Assembly (NCBI GenBank): GCA_038872135.1
Contig: JAVZGN010000001.1
Span: 147-64,146 of the forward strand
Source of the DNA: Candidatus Hadarchaeales archaeon
GTDB lineage: Archaea > Hadarchaeota > Hadarchaeia > Hadarchaeales > Hadarchaeaceae
DNA length: 64,000 bases
Direction of reading: 5' to 3'
Numbering within the stretch: position 1 is the first letter of the stretch; every line of letters starts with the position of its first letter. Made by a program: the position numbers and the translations under genes. The notes under the pieces were generated by a model. That model was given only the letters and a program-made list of their open reading frames with translations, was not told the origin of the DNA and did not search any database. Positions 1 through 9,741 of the stretch are shown here, piece by piece.

Positions 1-110
1 CGATAGTCATCAACATCTCCGTGCTCGCTTTTGCCCTTTCCCTCGCCATCTATGCCTACAGGCACTTCGGAACCCTTGATGTGACAGCATTCAGGAGGCT
101 CAAAGAATGA
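1..110 (+). CDS. MrpC/MnhC-like subunit of membrane-bound hydrogenase (MbhG-like), 3' end only
   Basis: Frame from nt 3 reads IVINISVLAFALSLAIYAYRHFGTLDVTAFRRLKE*, a typical MrpC C-terminus; ATGA overlap with next gene. Confidence 0.8.
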   Translation, partial: IVINISVLAFALSLAIYAYRHFGTLDVTAFRRLKE

Positions 111-1627
111 TAGAGAATTTCCCCATCCTGCTGATAGCCATCCCCCTTTTCGCGGCATTTACGATGCCTTTGATAGGTCTGATTTTGAGGAGAAGAGGCA
201 CAACAAAGCTGTGTGAATTTGTAGCGATTTCTGTCATGGTCATTCTTCTCCTCATGGCATTCGCAGTGGCGGCCAGGGTCTGGGGAGGAGAACCGATCGT
301 TTACCGGCTTGGCGGCTGGCCTCCCCCCTTTGGGATTGTTCTGGCCGTTGATGCCCTCTCGGTCCAGATGGCCGTGATGATCGCGGGCCTTGGGCTGCTG
401 GTCTTTGTTTACGCTTCGGGTTACATGGAGGAGGAGAAGAGGAAAGATCTCTTCTATACTCTCTGTCTTCTGGCGGTGGCAGGAATGATGGGCACAGTTC
501 TAACTGGGGACATGTTCAACTTCTTTGTTTTTCTGGAAATAATGTCTATTTCTTCTTATGCTTTGATTTCATTCCGGAGGGACGCTGGGGGGATAGAAGG
601 AGCCATAAAATACATGCTGATGGGGTCCCTGGGGAACTCTATGATTTTGATATCGATAGTGCTTGTCTACGGGCTGGTCGGGAGCCTCACGATCGCAGAT
701 CTTGGGGCAAAGCTTTCTGTCTACTCGGCTGGGGGGCAGCCTGCTCCAGCTTCTCTCGTGCTGGCCCTCTCCCTCTTCATCACAGGGATAATGGTAAAAG
801 TTGCCATGATCCCATTCCACACGTGGCTGGCCGACTCATTCACCTCCGCCCCCACTGCCATCAGTGCGCTTCTGGCCGGTCCGGCGGCGGTGGTCGGAAT
901 CTACTGGGTTGCTCGTCTCCCCTACCTCCCCTTCGGCCTTCCGGTTGGCATCATCCTCATCTCTCTTGGACTCATCAGCATGGTTGGAGGAGTTCTGATG
1001 GCGCTGGTTCAGAGGGACTTCAAGCGGATGCTGGCCTATCATGTCATAAGCCAGAAGGGTTACATGGTCCTCGGGATAGGTCTGGGGACGCTAGGCTCTG
1101 TCCTCGGCGCCCAGGGCGGCCTCTTCCACCTCTTGAACCATTCCACCTACAAGGCGATGCTCTTCATGTGTGCCGGGGCAGTTTTGATGAGGACAGGGAC
1201 ACAGAAGTTTGATGAGCTTGGAGGGCTGGGGAAGAAAATGCCGGTCACTGCGATGGCGTTTCTGATCGGCGCCCTCGCTATCTCTGGAATTCCTCCGATG
1301 AATGGTTTTGCAAGCAAGTATTCAATCTATCTCGGGGGGATAGAGGCTGGGCAGCCGGCAATAACCGCCATCGCCGTCTTGGTGAGCGCTTTGACATTCG
1401 CCAGCTTCTTCAAAGCCTTCAGCTCAGTTTTTCTCGGAACTCTTCCAAAGAGATATGAGAGAGTTGAGGAAGCCCCGAGGAGGATGCTAGTGGCGATGGT
1501 CACGATGGCGGCAATCTGTGTGGTCATCGGGCTGATACCAGCAATAGGGTTCAATGTTGTGGCTCCAGCCCAGGCAGCAGCGGAGAACTCTGTGGGCTAC
1601 ATTAGAACAGTTCTCGGAGGGAGTTGA
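107..1627 (+). CDS. mbhH: Proton-conducting antiporter-like membrane subunit (MrpD/MbhH)
   Basis: 506 aa polytopic membrane protein with GGWPPPFGI, GDMFNFFVFLE, PFHTWL, KRMLAY, GIPPMNGFASK motifs. Confidence 0.88.
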   Translation: MIENFPILLIAIPLFAAFTMPLIGLILRRRGTTKLCEFVAISVMVILLLMAFAVAARVWGGEPIVYRLGGWPPPFGIVLAVDALSVQMAVMIAGLGLLVFVYASGYMEEEKRKDLFYTLCLLAVAGMMGTVLTGDMFNFFVFLEIMSISSYALISFRRDAGGIEGAIKYMLMGSLGNSMILISIVLVYGLVGSLTIADLGAKLSVYSAGGQPAPASLVLALSLFITGIMVKVAMIPFHTWLADSFTSAPTAISALLAGPAAVVGIYWVARLPYLPFGLPVGIILISLGLISMVGGVLMALVQRDFKRMLAYHVISQKGYMVLGIGLGTLGSVLGAQGGLFHLLNHSTYKAMLFMCAGAVLMRTGTQKFDELGGLGKKMPVTAMAFLIGALAISGIPPMNGFASKYSIYLGGIEAGQPAITAIAVLVSALTFASFFKAFSSVFLGTLPKRYERVEEAPRRMLVAMVTMAAICVVIGLIPAIGFNVVAPAQAAAENSVGYIRTVLGGS

Positions 1628-1953
1628 TGGCAGCATTCACCTGGGATCCGGTGACTGTCACCGTCACAATATTTCTCGGTGCACTACTCGGTTATGTGTT
1701 CATCTACCTCGGAAGAGCCATCACGAAGCCTGCTCCGAAGCCCCTTAAGCTCAAAAATTATGCTTGCGGCGAGGAGCCTCTCCCGGCCCATCCCGACAGC
1801 GAGCAATTTTTTTCTGCTGTAAGAAGAGTTGTTAGGCCGTTCTACCAGCACGTCCAGCGAGCCCACACAGGCATCATCAGCACATATCTTCTCTGGATGG
1901 TCCTCGGGATGATAGTGATTTTTATAGTGCTTTTCCTCACGGTGATGAAATGA
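1624..1953 (+). CDS. Membrane hydrogenase anchor subunit (MbhI-like)
   Basis: Two terminal TM helices, YACGEE and HTG..YL.W motifs, position between H and J. Confidence 0.75.
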   Translation: MMAAFTWDPVTVTVTIFLGALLGYVFIYLGRAITKPAPKPLKLKNYACGEEPLPAHPDSEQFFSAVRRVVRPFYQHVQRAHTGIISTYLLWMVLGMIVIFIVLFLTVMK

Positions 1954-2366
1954 GCGTGGCGGGCTTTTTCAGGAAGAAGTCCCCCTGGATCCTGCACTTC
2001 GACACCGGGGGCTGCAATGGATGCTCGATAGAGGTGGTGGCCGCTCTTACACCAAGATACGACGTTGAGCGTTTCGGAATGGTGGCGAAAGGAACACCCA
2101 GACACGCAGATATCTTGGTTGTCACGGGGGCAGTGACAAAGCAGTGCCTTCCGAGGCTCCTGAACATCTATGAGCAGATGCCGGAGCCAAAGCTGGTTGT
2201 GGCGGTCGGCGCATGCGCATCTTCCGCCAGCCCCTTCCAAGGATGCTATAATGTCGTCGGCCCCTTGGATAAACATCTCCCGGTGGCAGCATATGTCCCT
2301 GGATGTCCTCCAAGACCTGAGGCAATCATCGACGGGTTGCTGAAGATTCTGGGGAGGTTGGAGTAA
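1950..2366 (+). CDS. mbhJ: Group 4 hydrogenase small subunit (MbhJ/NuoB-like)
   Basis: GGCNGCSIE, YDVERFG, PRHAD, GACA, PGCPPRP. Confidence 0.92.
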   Translation: MSVAGFFRKKSPWILHFDTGGCNGCSIEVVAALTPRYDVERFGMVAKGTPRHADILVVTGAVTKQCLPRLLNIYEQMPEPKLVVAVGACASSASPFQGCYNVVGPLDKHLPVAAYVPGCPPRPEAIIDGLLKILGRLE

Positions 2367-2785
2367 TGGAGGTTCGGGAAGTTCTAGAGATCATCGGCCC
2401 ATTCGTGAAGGATGTGAAGGCAGACAAAAATCACATTTTCGCAATTTCAAGCGTCCAGGATTTAAGAAATGTCTTTAAGCTCCTTTCAGAAAAAGGGATT
2501 GTACACGTCTCGGATATTACGGGTGTTGACCTTGGAGATTCTGTAGCGGTGATTTACAGACTCGACTGTAGGCCATCTTTTCTTAATTTAAAAATCTTCC
2601 TCCCGAAAAATGATTTAAGAATCCGCACGATTACAGACATCTTTCCCGGGGCATCCCTCTATGAGCGTGATTTGATGGAGATGTTTGGAATAAAGATCGA
2701 GGCACATCCAGACCCAAGGAAACTTTTCCTCCCCGATGATTGGCCCGAGGGAGTTTACCCGTTGAGAAAGGAGGTCAAACAATGA
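2366..2785 (+). CDS. mbhK: Hydrogenase NuoC-like subunit (MbhK)
   Basis: ITGVD, ERDLMEMFGI...HP, DWPEGVYPLRK. Confidence 0.88.
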   Translation: MEVREVLEIIGPFVKDVKADKNHIFAISSVQDLRNVFKLLSEKGIVHVSDITGVDLGDSVAVIYRLDCRPSFLNLKIFLPKNDLRIRTITDIFPGASLYERDLMEMFGIKIEAHPDPRKLFLPDDWPEGVYPLRKEVKQ

Positions 2786-3930
2786 CAATGGTTCTCCCAA
2801 TTGGTCCACAACATCCAGCTCTAAAGGAAGTTGAGAATTTCACCTTGGAGGTCAATGGTGAGGAAATTGTTGGCGTGGACATCCGTCTCGGCTATTCGCA
2901 CAGAGGTATAGAGAGAGGAATGCAGGAGAGGACCTATCCTCAGGGAGTTTATCTTGCTGAAAGGGTTTGTGGGATATGCAACATCGCCCACTCAGCCACA
3001 TACTGCCTAGCAGTAGAGAAGCTGGCTGGAGTTGAAATTCCTGAGAGAGCGAAAATCATCAGGACAATCCTGCTTGAGCTTGAGCGAATTCACAGCCATC
3101 TCCTCTGGGCAGGGGTGGCGTTCTATGAGATAGGCTTTGAGACCCTCTTCATGTATACGTGGAGAGACAGGGAGATGGTCTTAGATGTCAGAGAGGCAAT
3201 TTCTGGTGCAAGACAGATTTCGGCCTCAAATGTTCCCGGCGGGGTAAGAAGAGACGTGAAGGCCGAGCACATCTCATTTGCTTTAGATGTCCTCAGGAGA
3301 CTGGAGGAATCGACCAAATACTACTTGGATGTCTGCACATCAGATCCAACAATCATCGCTAGGTGTTCAGGGGTAGGAGTTCTGAGCAAGCACGAGGCTA
3401 CAAAATTATGCGCAACCGGCCCAACCGCAAGGGCATCAGGAGTTGAATGGGATCTGAGAAGAAGAGATCCGTATCTTATGTATGAAGATGTTGATTTCGA
3501 TGTAGTGGTGGAAAAAGATGGGGATGTCTTTGCAAGAATTCTAGTGAGATTGAGAGAGGTTCTTGAGTCTATAAGAATAGTCAGGCAGCTGCTCGAAAAG
3601 CTCCCAGGAGGGCCGGTGAGGATGGAGATCCCAAAGAAAATAGATCCATCAGAGGCAATAGCGAGAACCGAGGCACCGCGGGGGGAATTGCTTTACTATA
3701 TGCTTTCGAATGGAACGGAGAGGCCTGAGAGGGTGAGGATAAGAACTCCAACATATGCAAATGTCCTTTCTTGGAAACCGATGTTCGCCGGTGCCACCAT
3801 CGCGGATGCTCCAATAATCATCGCCAGCATCGACCCTTGCTTCACCTGCTGCGACCGATTGAGCATCATAGATGTCAAAACAGATGAAAAGAAGCTCGTG
3901 GAGTTCAGGGAGCTGAGGGGGTTCAGATGA
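2782..3930 (+). CDS. mbhL: Group 4 [NiFe]-hydrogenase large subunit (MbhL)
   Basis: GPQHP, HRGIE, L1 RVCGIC, EAPRGE, L2 DPCFTCCDR plus cleavable C-terminal extension; start at ATGA overlap after GGAGG RBS. Confidence 0.92.
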   Translation: MTMVLPIGPQHPALKEVENFTLEVNGEEIVGVDIRLGYSHRGIERGMQERTYPQGVYLAERVCGICNIAHSATYCLAVEKLAGVEIPERAKIIRTILLELERIHSHLLWAGVAFYEIGFETLFMYTWRDREMVLDVREAISGARQISASNVPGGVRRDVKAEHISFALDVLRRLEESTKYYLDVCTSDPTIIARCSGVGVLSKHEATKLCATGPTARASGVEWDLRRRDPYLMYEDVDFDVVVEKDGDVFARILVRLREVLESIRIVRQLLEKLPGGPVRMEIPKKIDPSEAIARTEAPRGELLYYMLSNGTERPERVRIRTPTYANVLSWKPMFAGATIADAPIIIASIDPCFTCCDRLSIIDVKTDEKKLVEFRELRGFR

Positions 3931-4880
3931 TAGGCCAAGCACTAAACTTCCTTTTTTCCCTCTTAGTTTTTCCAGGGTTTCTCTTTGTCGCACTTCTTGG
4001 GCTTATTTATCTAGGATTAGATAGAAAATGCTGTGCCCACATGCAGCACAGGATCGGCCCGCCCATTTGGCAGGAAATCTATGATTTTGGAAAATTGATG
4101 ACAAAGGAAGACATAACCCCCGCAAACGCCGATCCCATCATCTTCAACGCAGCTCCTCTCTTGGCTCTCGGGGCGCTGCTCGCAGTGGCGCTGATAATTC
4201 CCATTGCTTCACCAAACCCATTGCTCTCTGGAGCCGCCGATGTTGTGGTTCTCATTTACCTCCTGAACCTTCCGGCGATAGCGATGATGCTTGGGGGCTA
4301 TTCCTCGGGCTGCGCTTTCGGTGTGGTTGGGGCGGGAAGACATGTAACGCAGCTGATGGGATATGAGTTGGTTTTCATCATCTCAATTCTATCAGTCGTC
4401 ATGAAGACAGGTTTGCTGGGAGTTTCTGAGATAGTTAAGTACCAGAGCCTCCATGGCTGGACATTGTTTGACCTACAGCTTCTCCCAGCCTTTTTGGCGG
4501 CCCTTTTTGCCGTCCAAGGAAAGCTTTTGAGAACTCCCTTCGACATTCCCGAGGCCCATCAGGAGATAGTCGCCGGCCCTCTTACTGAATACTCGGGACC
4601 AAAGCTTGCACTCTGGAGGCTAGCTTATGATATTGAGACGGTGCTTGTTTTTGGGCTTCTAGCCTCTCTTTTCCTCGGGGGGCCAACGGAGTACTTGATC
4701 GGAGGACTGAGAATTCCCGCCGTGGCAGATTTTATAGTGAAAACCCTCGTTCTCCTTTTCATCTCAGTGGTCATTAGGACGATCATGGCTAGGTTGAGGA
4801 TAGACCAGACGCTCAGGCTCTACTGGGGAGCCGGGGTTCTGCTGGCTTTGGTCAGCCTAGTTCTGGTGGGGGTGAAATGA
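3927..4880 (+). CDS. mbhM: NuoH-like membrane subunit (MbhM)
   Basis: DRK..AHMQHRIGP, RTPFDIPEA.QEIVAGPLTEYSG, RLRIDQ. Confidence 0.9.
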   Translation: MIGQALNFLFSLLVFPGFLFVALLGLIYLGLDRKCCAHMQHRIGPPIWQEIYDFGKLMTKEDITPANADPIIFNAAPLLALGALLAVALIIPIASPNPLLSGAADVVVLIYLLNLPAIAMMLGGYSSGCAFGVVGAGRHVTQLMGYELVFIISILSVVMKTGLLGVSEIVKYQSLHGWTLFDLQLLPAFLAALFAVQGKLLRTPFDIPEAHQEIVAGPLTEYSGPKLALWRLAYDIETVLVFGLLASLFLGGPTEYLIGGLRIPAVADFIVKTLVLLFISVVIRTIMARLRIDQTLRLYWGAGVLLALVSLVLVGVK

Positions 4881-5206
4881 TGCCGAGGATCCTTCCAACT
4901 GTTTTGAAAAATCTTTTCAGGAAGCCAGCGACCCTCAAGTACCCGAAAGTGAAAAGAGAGCTCCCAGAAGGGTACCGGGGGGCGCCGACGATAGATAGTT
5001 CCCTCTGCGTGCGATGCTGGAACTGCATTCGGGCATGCCCGGTGAGGGCGATAAGTGTAAAAAAGGAGACGAGGACGCCGAGCATTAATCTGACCATGTG
5101 CATTCAATGTGGTGAATGCGCCGAGGCCTGTCCGACGAAGGCCATCAGGATGTCTAAGGAGTATGAGCTGGCCGTGGTTGATAAAGAGGCGGCAAAGGTC
5201 GAATGA
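4877..5206 (+). CDS. mbhN: 2x[4Fe-4S] subunit (MbhN/NuoI-like)
   Basis: KPATLKYP, YRG, two CxxCxxCxxxCP motifs. Confidence 0.9.
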   Translation: MMPRILPTVLKNLFRKPATLKYPKVKRELPEGYRGAPTIDSSLCVRCWNCIRACPVRAISVKKETRTPSINLTMCIQCGECAEACPTKAIRMSKEYELAVVDKEAAKVE

Positions 5207-5809
5207 TCATTTTTTGGCGGTGGCCTCTTCTTTTGGAGCAAGTTTTTTCTGGTATACTCTAGCGCCTATCCCGATAGCGCTGGCGACCACACCGGCCCAG
5301 AACCCTCTCCCAAGGAAGATTTTTACCGGGGCTGTGATCGTGGCCGGACCAATTTGAAATGTAGCAACCGTGCCCCCCTGGAAATATGGAATGTTCAGCG
5401 ATTGGACTACCGAGCTCCCAGCCATAGATGAAAGAAAATTCGGAAGAACATTGTTGACGAGAAATGTTCCAACCACAATTGTTATCACAAGGCCAACCAC
5501 AGACCACAGCGGCTTCATCACCCCAAATCTGAAGAGCTTTCTGGCCCACCAGCTCCTTGGAAATATGGAAGCGAGGAGGACGAATGTTCCGCCTATCAAA
5601 AATGAGATTTTGGTTGCGAGCAGGAACAGCCCGATAAGGGGAGATTCCAGTGGCATTTCAGCTAGGCGCACATTCAGCTCAAATGGGGATGTCTCGAAGT
5701 GAAATGCCCTATCTCCCACCTCTACAATCCACCATGGGCCAAGGAACGGCAGGAGCAGCATCAGGACCCCCAGCCCAGCGCCGAGATAGTTTATTTCTGC
5801 AAGCTTCAT
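5207..5809 (-). CDS. Hypothetical membrane protein
   Basis: 200 aa ORF with about 4 hydrophobic segments; ATGA-coupled to upstream ORF. Confidence 0.7.
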   Translation of the reverse strand: MKLAEINYLGAGLGVLMLLLPFLGPWWIVEVGDRAFHFETSPFELNVRLAEMPLESPLIGLFLLATKISFLIGGTFVLLASIFPRSWWARKLFRFGVMKPLWSVVGLVITIVVGTFLVNNVLPNFLSSMAGSSVVQSLNIPYFQGGTVATFQIGPATITAPVKIFLGRGFWAGVVASAIGIGARVYQKKLAPKEEATAKK

Positions 5810-6303
5810 CTGGTGCCCTCCATCGAGATTTTTATTTCAATCCCAAGTTTTTCAATCGTGATTTCCCCTCCGCCCGATTGCCAGTTTCCCTGCCGCGGGT
5901 CGCTGCTGCATTTTCCCGTCAAGACGATAATTTTGTTTTCGTTTGGCAGAATTTGAGTCGGGGAGCTTGTGCTCAGGATCATCTTTTCACCATTTTTTGT
6001 GAATGTTATGGAAATTTCTTTAACCGTGAGCGAAAACGGGATTCCGGAGATCTCCAGAGGCAGTGTTGCGGTTTGGGTAGCCGGGTCGTATGTGGCATTT
6101 TCCTGTATCGGTCGCAGATTTCCCATGTTTCGCATGTTTAAAAAATTTTGAACATTTCCAATCGCAGATCCAGCGCCGCCAGTATCGATTAGAGTTTCCT
6201 GGATGTTCCAGTTGTGCATGCTGAAAGCTATCAGGAGGGGTCCAAGCGAGAGAGCTAGACCGAGCAACCTCAGCCCAAGCCCGAGGGCACTTTCCTTCTT
6301 CAC
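5806..6303 (-). CDS. Hypothetical membrane-anchored protein
   Basis: N-terminal TM segment followed by a beta-rich domain. Confidence 0.65.
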   Translation of the reverse strand: MKKESALGLGLRLLGLALSLGPLLIAFSMHNWNIQETLIDTGGAGSAIGNVQNFLNMRNMGNLRPIQENATYDPATQTATLPLEISGIPFSLTVKEISITFTKNGEKMILSTSSPTQILPNENKIIVLTGKCSSDPRQGNWQSGGGEITIEKLGIEIKISMEGTR

Positions 6304-6615
6304 CGCACCAGCAAGAGGTTGGAATACATAAATATAATTGTAACTGGAGAGCGGCGTTCTTCGGAATTTCTAGCTTTGGGAGTTTCGCTAGTGCATGACG
6401 TATCTCTAGATTTCTAATCCGAGTTTTTTATTCAAAAACAGCTTCTGTCATGAGAGCTTCATTTTTCCCATTCCGGTTTTGTAAACGACCCCTGGGTCAG
6501 CCCGGAAATATGGACAGAGATGATCCAATCTGGCTGATGGCGAGGAATCCCCTGCTGATAGCCATTCACAATCCAAAACGATTATATCCCGTGTGAAGAG
6601 ACTTGAAGGATATAA

Positions 6616-7107
6616 ATGCCGGATGAGATGGCTCAGAAGGTTCTTCTATATGACCGGGAGAGATGCACCGGCTGCAGGGCCTGTGAGATGGCATGCGCTT
6701 ACAGAAACTTTAGAACTCTTACTCCCACAAAAACCAACATTTCAATTTTTCTTGATGAGAACTCCTTTTCTCTAGAAGCCATCCACTGTCTCCACTGCCA
6801 GGAGCCGGTGTGCATGGCCGCCTGTCCGGCAGAGGCGATAACAAAAGATGATGCAACTGGATGGGTGACCATCAACCCGCTGAAATGCATAGGATGTCGC
6901 TCATGCACATACGCCTGTCCGCTGGCAGCCTGCTGGTTTGATGAAGAAGTGAAAGTAGCATTCAAATGCAATTTCTGCGACGGAGACCCGAACTGTGCAA
7001 AGTTCTGCTCTCCTCAGGCCATCAGGGTTGCCACGAGGGAGGAGGCGATGAAGTTCGCAAGAGAAGAATATCTCACAGGAGGGAAAAAATGGGAGAGCAA
7101 GAGGTAA
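6616..7107 (+). CDS. 4x[4Fe-4S] electron-transfer protein (CooF/HydN/DmsB-like)
   Basis: CTGCRACEMAC, CLHCQEPVCMAACP, CIGCRSCTYACP, KCNFCDGDPNCAKFC. Confidence 0.9.
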   Translation: MPDEMAQKVLLYDRERCTGCRACEMACAYRNFRTLTPTKTNISIFLDENSFSLEAIHCLHCQEPVCMAACPAEAITKDDATGWVTINPLKCIGCRSCTYACPLAACWFDEEVKVAFKCNFCDGDPNCAKFCSPQAIRVATREEAMKFAREEYLTGGKKWESKR

Positions 7108-7742
7108 AAAAACTGCTTGAAGATGCAGGTATTTCAAATGTTACTGTTCCCAGGCCGCGGAAAGTTTATGCCGAGATCTCCCCCCAGCATCTGAGAAATG
7201 CCGTTGAGACGATAATGAAAAACGGCGGGAGGTTTGTAATCATCGCCGCCCTCGATGCCTGGCTGAACATCGAGCTTTCCTATCATCTCGACATCGATGG
7301 GACCGGGATAGTGATGAAGGTGAAAATACCCAAGGAGAACCCAGAGCTTCCAAGCATAGCAGACATCACCCCAGCAGCAGAGTGGGCGGAGCGCGAGGCT
7401 TCTGAATTAGTGGGAGTGAAGTTCATAGGCAATCCACGACCAGAGAACCTAGTTCTTCCCGCCGGCTGGGATGGGAGGCCAATGGCAAAGCCTTTCAAGC
7501 CACCGGTTGATGAAAAGGTCGCTGGAGTCGCTGAGTCGATACTTTCGGTTGGCGCCACGGCCCCGATTTCATCCCTGATGGAAAGCAGGAGGGTGGAAGC
7601 AGGGTTACCGGCAAAGCCCCCCGCGGCATACACTTCTGAATCCAGCCTCAAGGAAATTCAAGATTTCGCTAGGAGCACAGGTTTCGCTGAAGAGGTTGGC
7701 TATGATCGGGAAAAGAGAAAGCTGAGAGGAGCGAGAAAATGA
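7089..7742 (+). CDS. NuoC-like hydrogenase subunit with C-terminal extension
   Basis: LSYH, PSIADITPAAEWAEREASELVGVKFIGNP; ATG at 7089 after GGAGG. Confidence 0.8.
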   Translation: MGEQEVKKLLEDAGISNVTVPRPRKVYAEISPQHLRNAVETIMKNGGRFVIIAALDAWLNIELSYHLDIDGTGIVMKVKIPKENPELPSIADITPAAEWAEREASELVGVKFIGNPRPENLVLPAGWDGRPMAKPFKPPVDEKVAGVAESILSVGATAPISSLMESRRVEAGLPAKPPAAYTSESSLKEIQDFARSTGFAEEVGYDREKRKLRGARK

Positions 7743-8608
7743 GGAAATTTGCCCTTTTCCCCGGCTGCATCATTCCCCAGAGGCTCCCAAGCATCGAGAT
7801 AGCAGCGCGAAAAGTTTTCCAGGCATTGGGAATGGAGGCCGCCGAGATGAAAGGTTACAACTGCTGTCCAGACCCTGTGATTGCAAGATACATGAACAGA
7901 AACTTTGTCCTCTCCCTCTCGGCCAGAAATCTCAGCTTGGCGGAGGAAAATGGGCTGGATGTGGTGGTCCTCTGCAACGGCTGCTTTGAGTCTCTCTGGG
8001 AGGCAAATGAGAGTCTTCGGGAGGAAAAAACTAGAGAAGATGTCAACACCATCTTGAAGGAAGCTGGCAGAAGATATGAGGGGAGAAGCAGGGTGAAGCA
8101 TGTGGTGGAGGTGCTTTACGAGGATGGGATGATCGATGAAGTGAGGCGGCTGGTGAAGCATCCGCTGAGAGATCTCAAGCTGGCCATCCACTACGGTTGT
8201 CATCTCTTCAGGGAGGAGAAAGGGAAAGACATCTGGAGGAAGCCGAGGCAGCTTCAGGAGCTTGTGAAAGCAACTGGCGCCGAGGTGATTCCTTGCCCGC
8301 TTGACAAACTCTGCTGTGGATTTCCAGTTTCAGAAGTGGACAGAGAATATTCGCTCAAAAGGAATCTCCTTCCAAAGCTCCAGTGCTATTCCCATCTTGG
8401 AGTTGACGGAGTTGTGGTTGTCTGTCCGACCTGTAACATCCAGATGGAGTCCGGGCAGCTCTCCCTTAGAAGATATGGAGCAAACTTTTCAATCCCATGT
8501 CTTCATCTGGTGGAGCTACTGGCCCTGGCCTTCGGAGTGCCAGCTGCCGAACTCCACCTTGAGTTCCACCGGAGCCCGGTTGCCCAGCTGGCTCAGAAGG
8601 TGAAATGA
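7739..8608 (+). CDS. hdrB: HdrB-like heterodisulfide reductase subunit (two CCG domains)
   Basis: FPGC...NCCPDP...CNGC and HYGCH...CCG...CPTC, the two Cx31-39CCx35-36CxxC-type motifs. Confidence 0.85.
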   Translation: MRKFALFPGCIIPQRLPSIEIAARKVFQALGMEAAEMKGYNCCPDPVIARYMNRNFVLSLSARNLSLAEENGLDVVVLCNGCFESLWEANESLREEKTREDVNTILKEAGRRYEGRSRVKHVVEVLYEDGMIDEVRRLVKHPLRDLKLAIHYGCHLFREEKGKDIWRKPRQLQELVKATGAEVIPCPLDKLCCGFPVSEVDREYSLKRNLLPKLQCYSHLGVDGVVVVCPTCNIQMESGQLSLRRYGANFSIPCLHLVELLALAFGVPAAELHLEFHRSPVAQLAQKVK

Positions 8609-9741
8609 TGGAAACAATAGTGATAGGACCATATCACCCGCTCCTTCTTGAACCTGAGGTTTACGAGGTGACGGTTAGAGACGGGAGGATAGTTGACGTT
8701 GCAATTAAACAGGGTTTCGCCCACAGGGGAGCCGAGAAGCTCATGGAGTCGAAGTCTCTAACTCAGGCTCTTTTTGTGGCGGAGAGGATATGTGGGCTCT
8801 GCTCTCAGGCTCATTCCACAGCCTACTGTCAGGCTGTCGAGAGAGTACTCAACCTCGAGATCCCAAAAAGGGCGGATTATATCCGGGCGCTTGTCTTTGA
8901 GCTCGAGCGCATCCACAGCCACTGGATGTGGTTTGCTCTTCTTTTCCACACCATCCACCAGCATGGAATTTTCATGAAGATACTCGATGCAAGGGAGGAG
9001 GTGATGGATCTCCTTGAAGAAATCTGCGGCAACAGGGTTCACTATTCAATCAACACTGTCGGAGGGGTGAGGAGAGATGTGAGCCCCAAGATTTTGAAAA
9101 GAATTGAGGAAGTTGTCGATAGAGCAGAAATTTTTTCCAGCGAGCTCATGAATTCTGTGAAGGAAACATCTCAGAGGCTTTCTGGAATTGGGCTGCTGCC
9201 AAAAGATAAATCCAAGGCCTGGGGGGCAGTGGGCCCAGTGCTGAGGGCATCCGGGATTGCCAGCGACATCAGGAGGGACGACCCATATTCAGTTTATCCC
9301 TCCCTCGATTTCGAGGTGTGTGTGGAAGATGGATGCGATGTTTATTCAAGGGCAATGGTGAGAGCCAGGGAGCTGTTTGAGTGCACCAAGATGATCAAGC
9401 AGATAGTGAAGGAAATCCCCCCTGGAGAAATAAAAGCAGATTTCCCAAAGCCAGTTGTTGGAGAAGATTTCAGCAGGGTCGAGGCCCCCCGGGGCGAGCT
9501 GATCTATTTTGTGAAGTTGAATGGAAGCCACAGGCCTGAGAGGGTAAAGCTGCGTCCCCCAACCTACGTGAACGACCCGGCCCTGAAGGAAATGTTGGTG
9601 GGGGAGAAGCTTTCAGACCTTCCGCCAATTCTAGAAAGCATTGACCGGTGCATCTCTTGCACAAACAGAGTGACGGTGATCGATGAAAAAAGCGGTAGAG
9701 TGAAAAAATTCACGTTTGAGGAGCTGGGGAGGATGGGATAA
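8605..9741 (+). CDS. Second group 4 [NiFe]-hydrogenase large subunit
   Basis: GPYHP, HRGAEK, L1 RICGLC, EAPRGE, L2 DRCISCTNR plus C-terminal extension. Confidence 0.9.
   Translation: MMETIVIGPYHPLLLEPEVYEVTVRDGRIVDVAIKQGFAHRGAEKLMESKSLTQALFVAERICGLCSQAHSTAYCQAVERVLNLEIPKRADYIRALVFELERIHSHWMWFALLFHTIHQHGIFMKILDAREEVMDLLEEICGNRVHYSINTVGGVRRDVSPKILKRIEEVVDRAEIFSSELMNSVKETSQRLSGIGLLPKDKSKAWGAVGPVLRASGIASDIRRDDPYSVYPSLDFEVCVEDGCDVYSRAMVRARELFECTKMIKQIVKEIPPGEIKADFPKPVVGEDFSRVEAPRGELIYFVKLNGSHRPERVKLRPPTYVNDPALKEMLVGEKLSDLPPILESIDRCISCTNRVTVIDEKSGRVKKFTFEELGRMG

Noticed and set aside
6515..6565. Possible C/D box sRNA or fluoride riboswitch (GAGATGA...CTGA...GCGAGGA...CTGA)
   Set aside because: C and C' boxes are degenerate, guides are only 8-10 nt, no target was established, and the riboswitch consensus is incomplete
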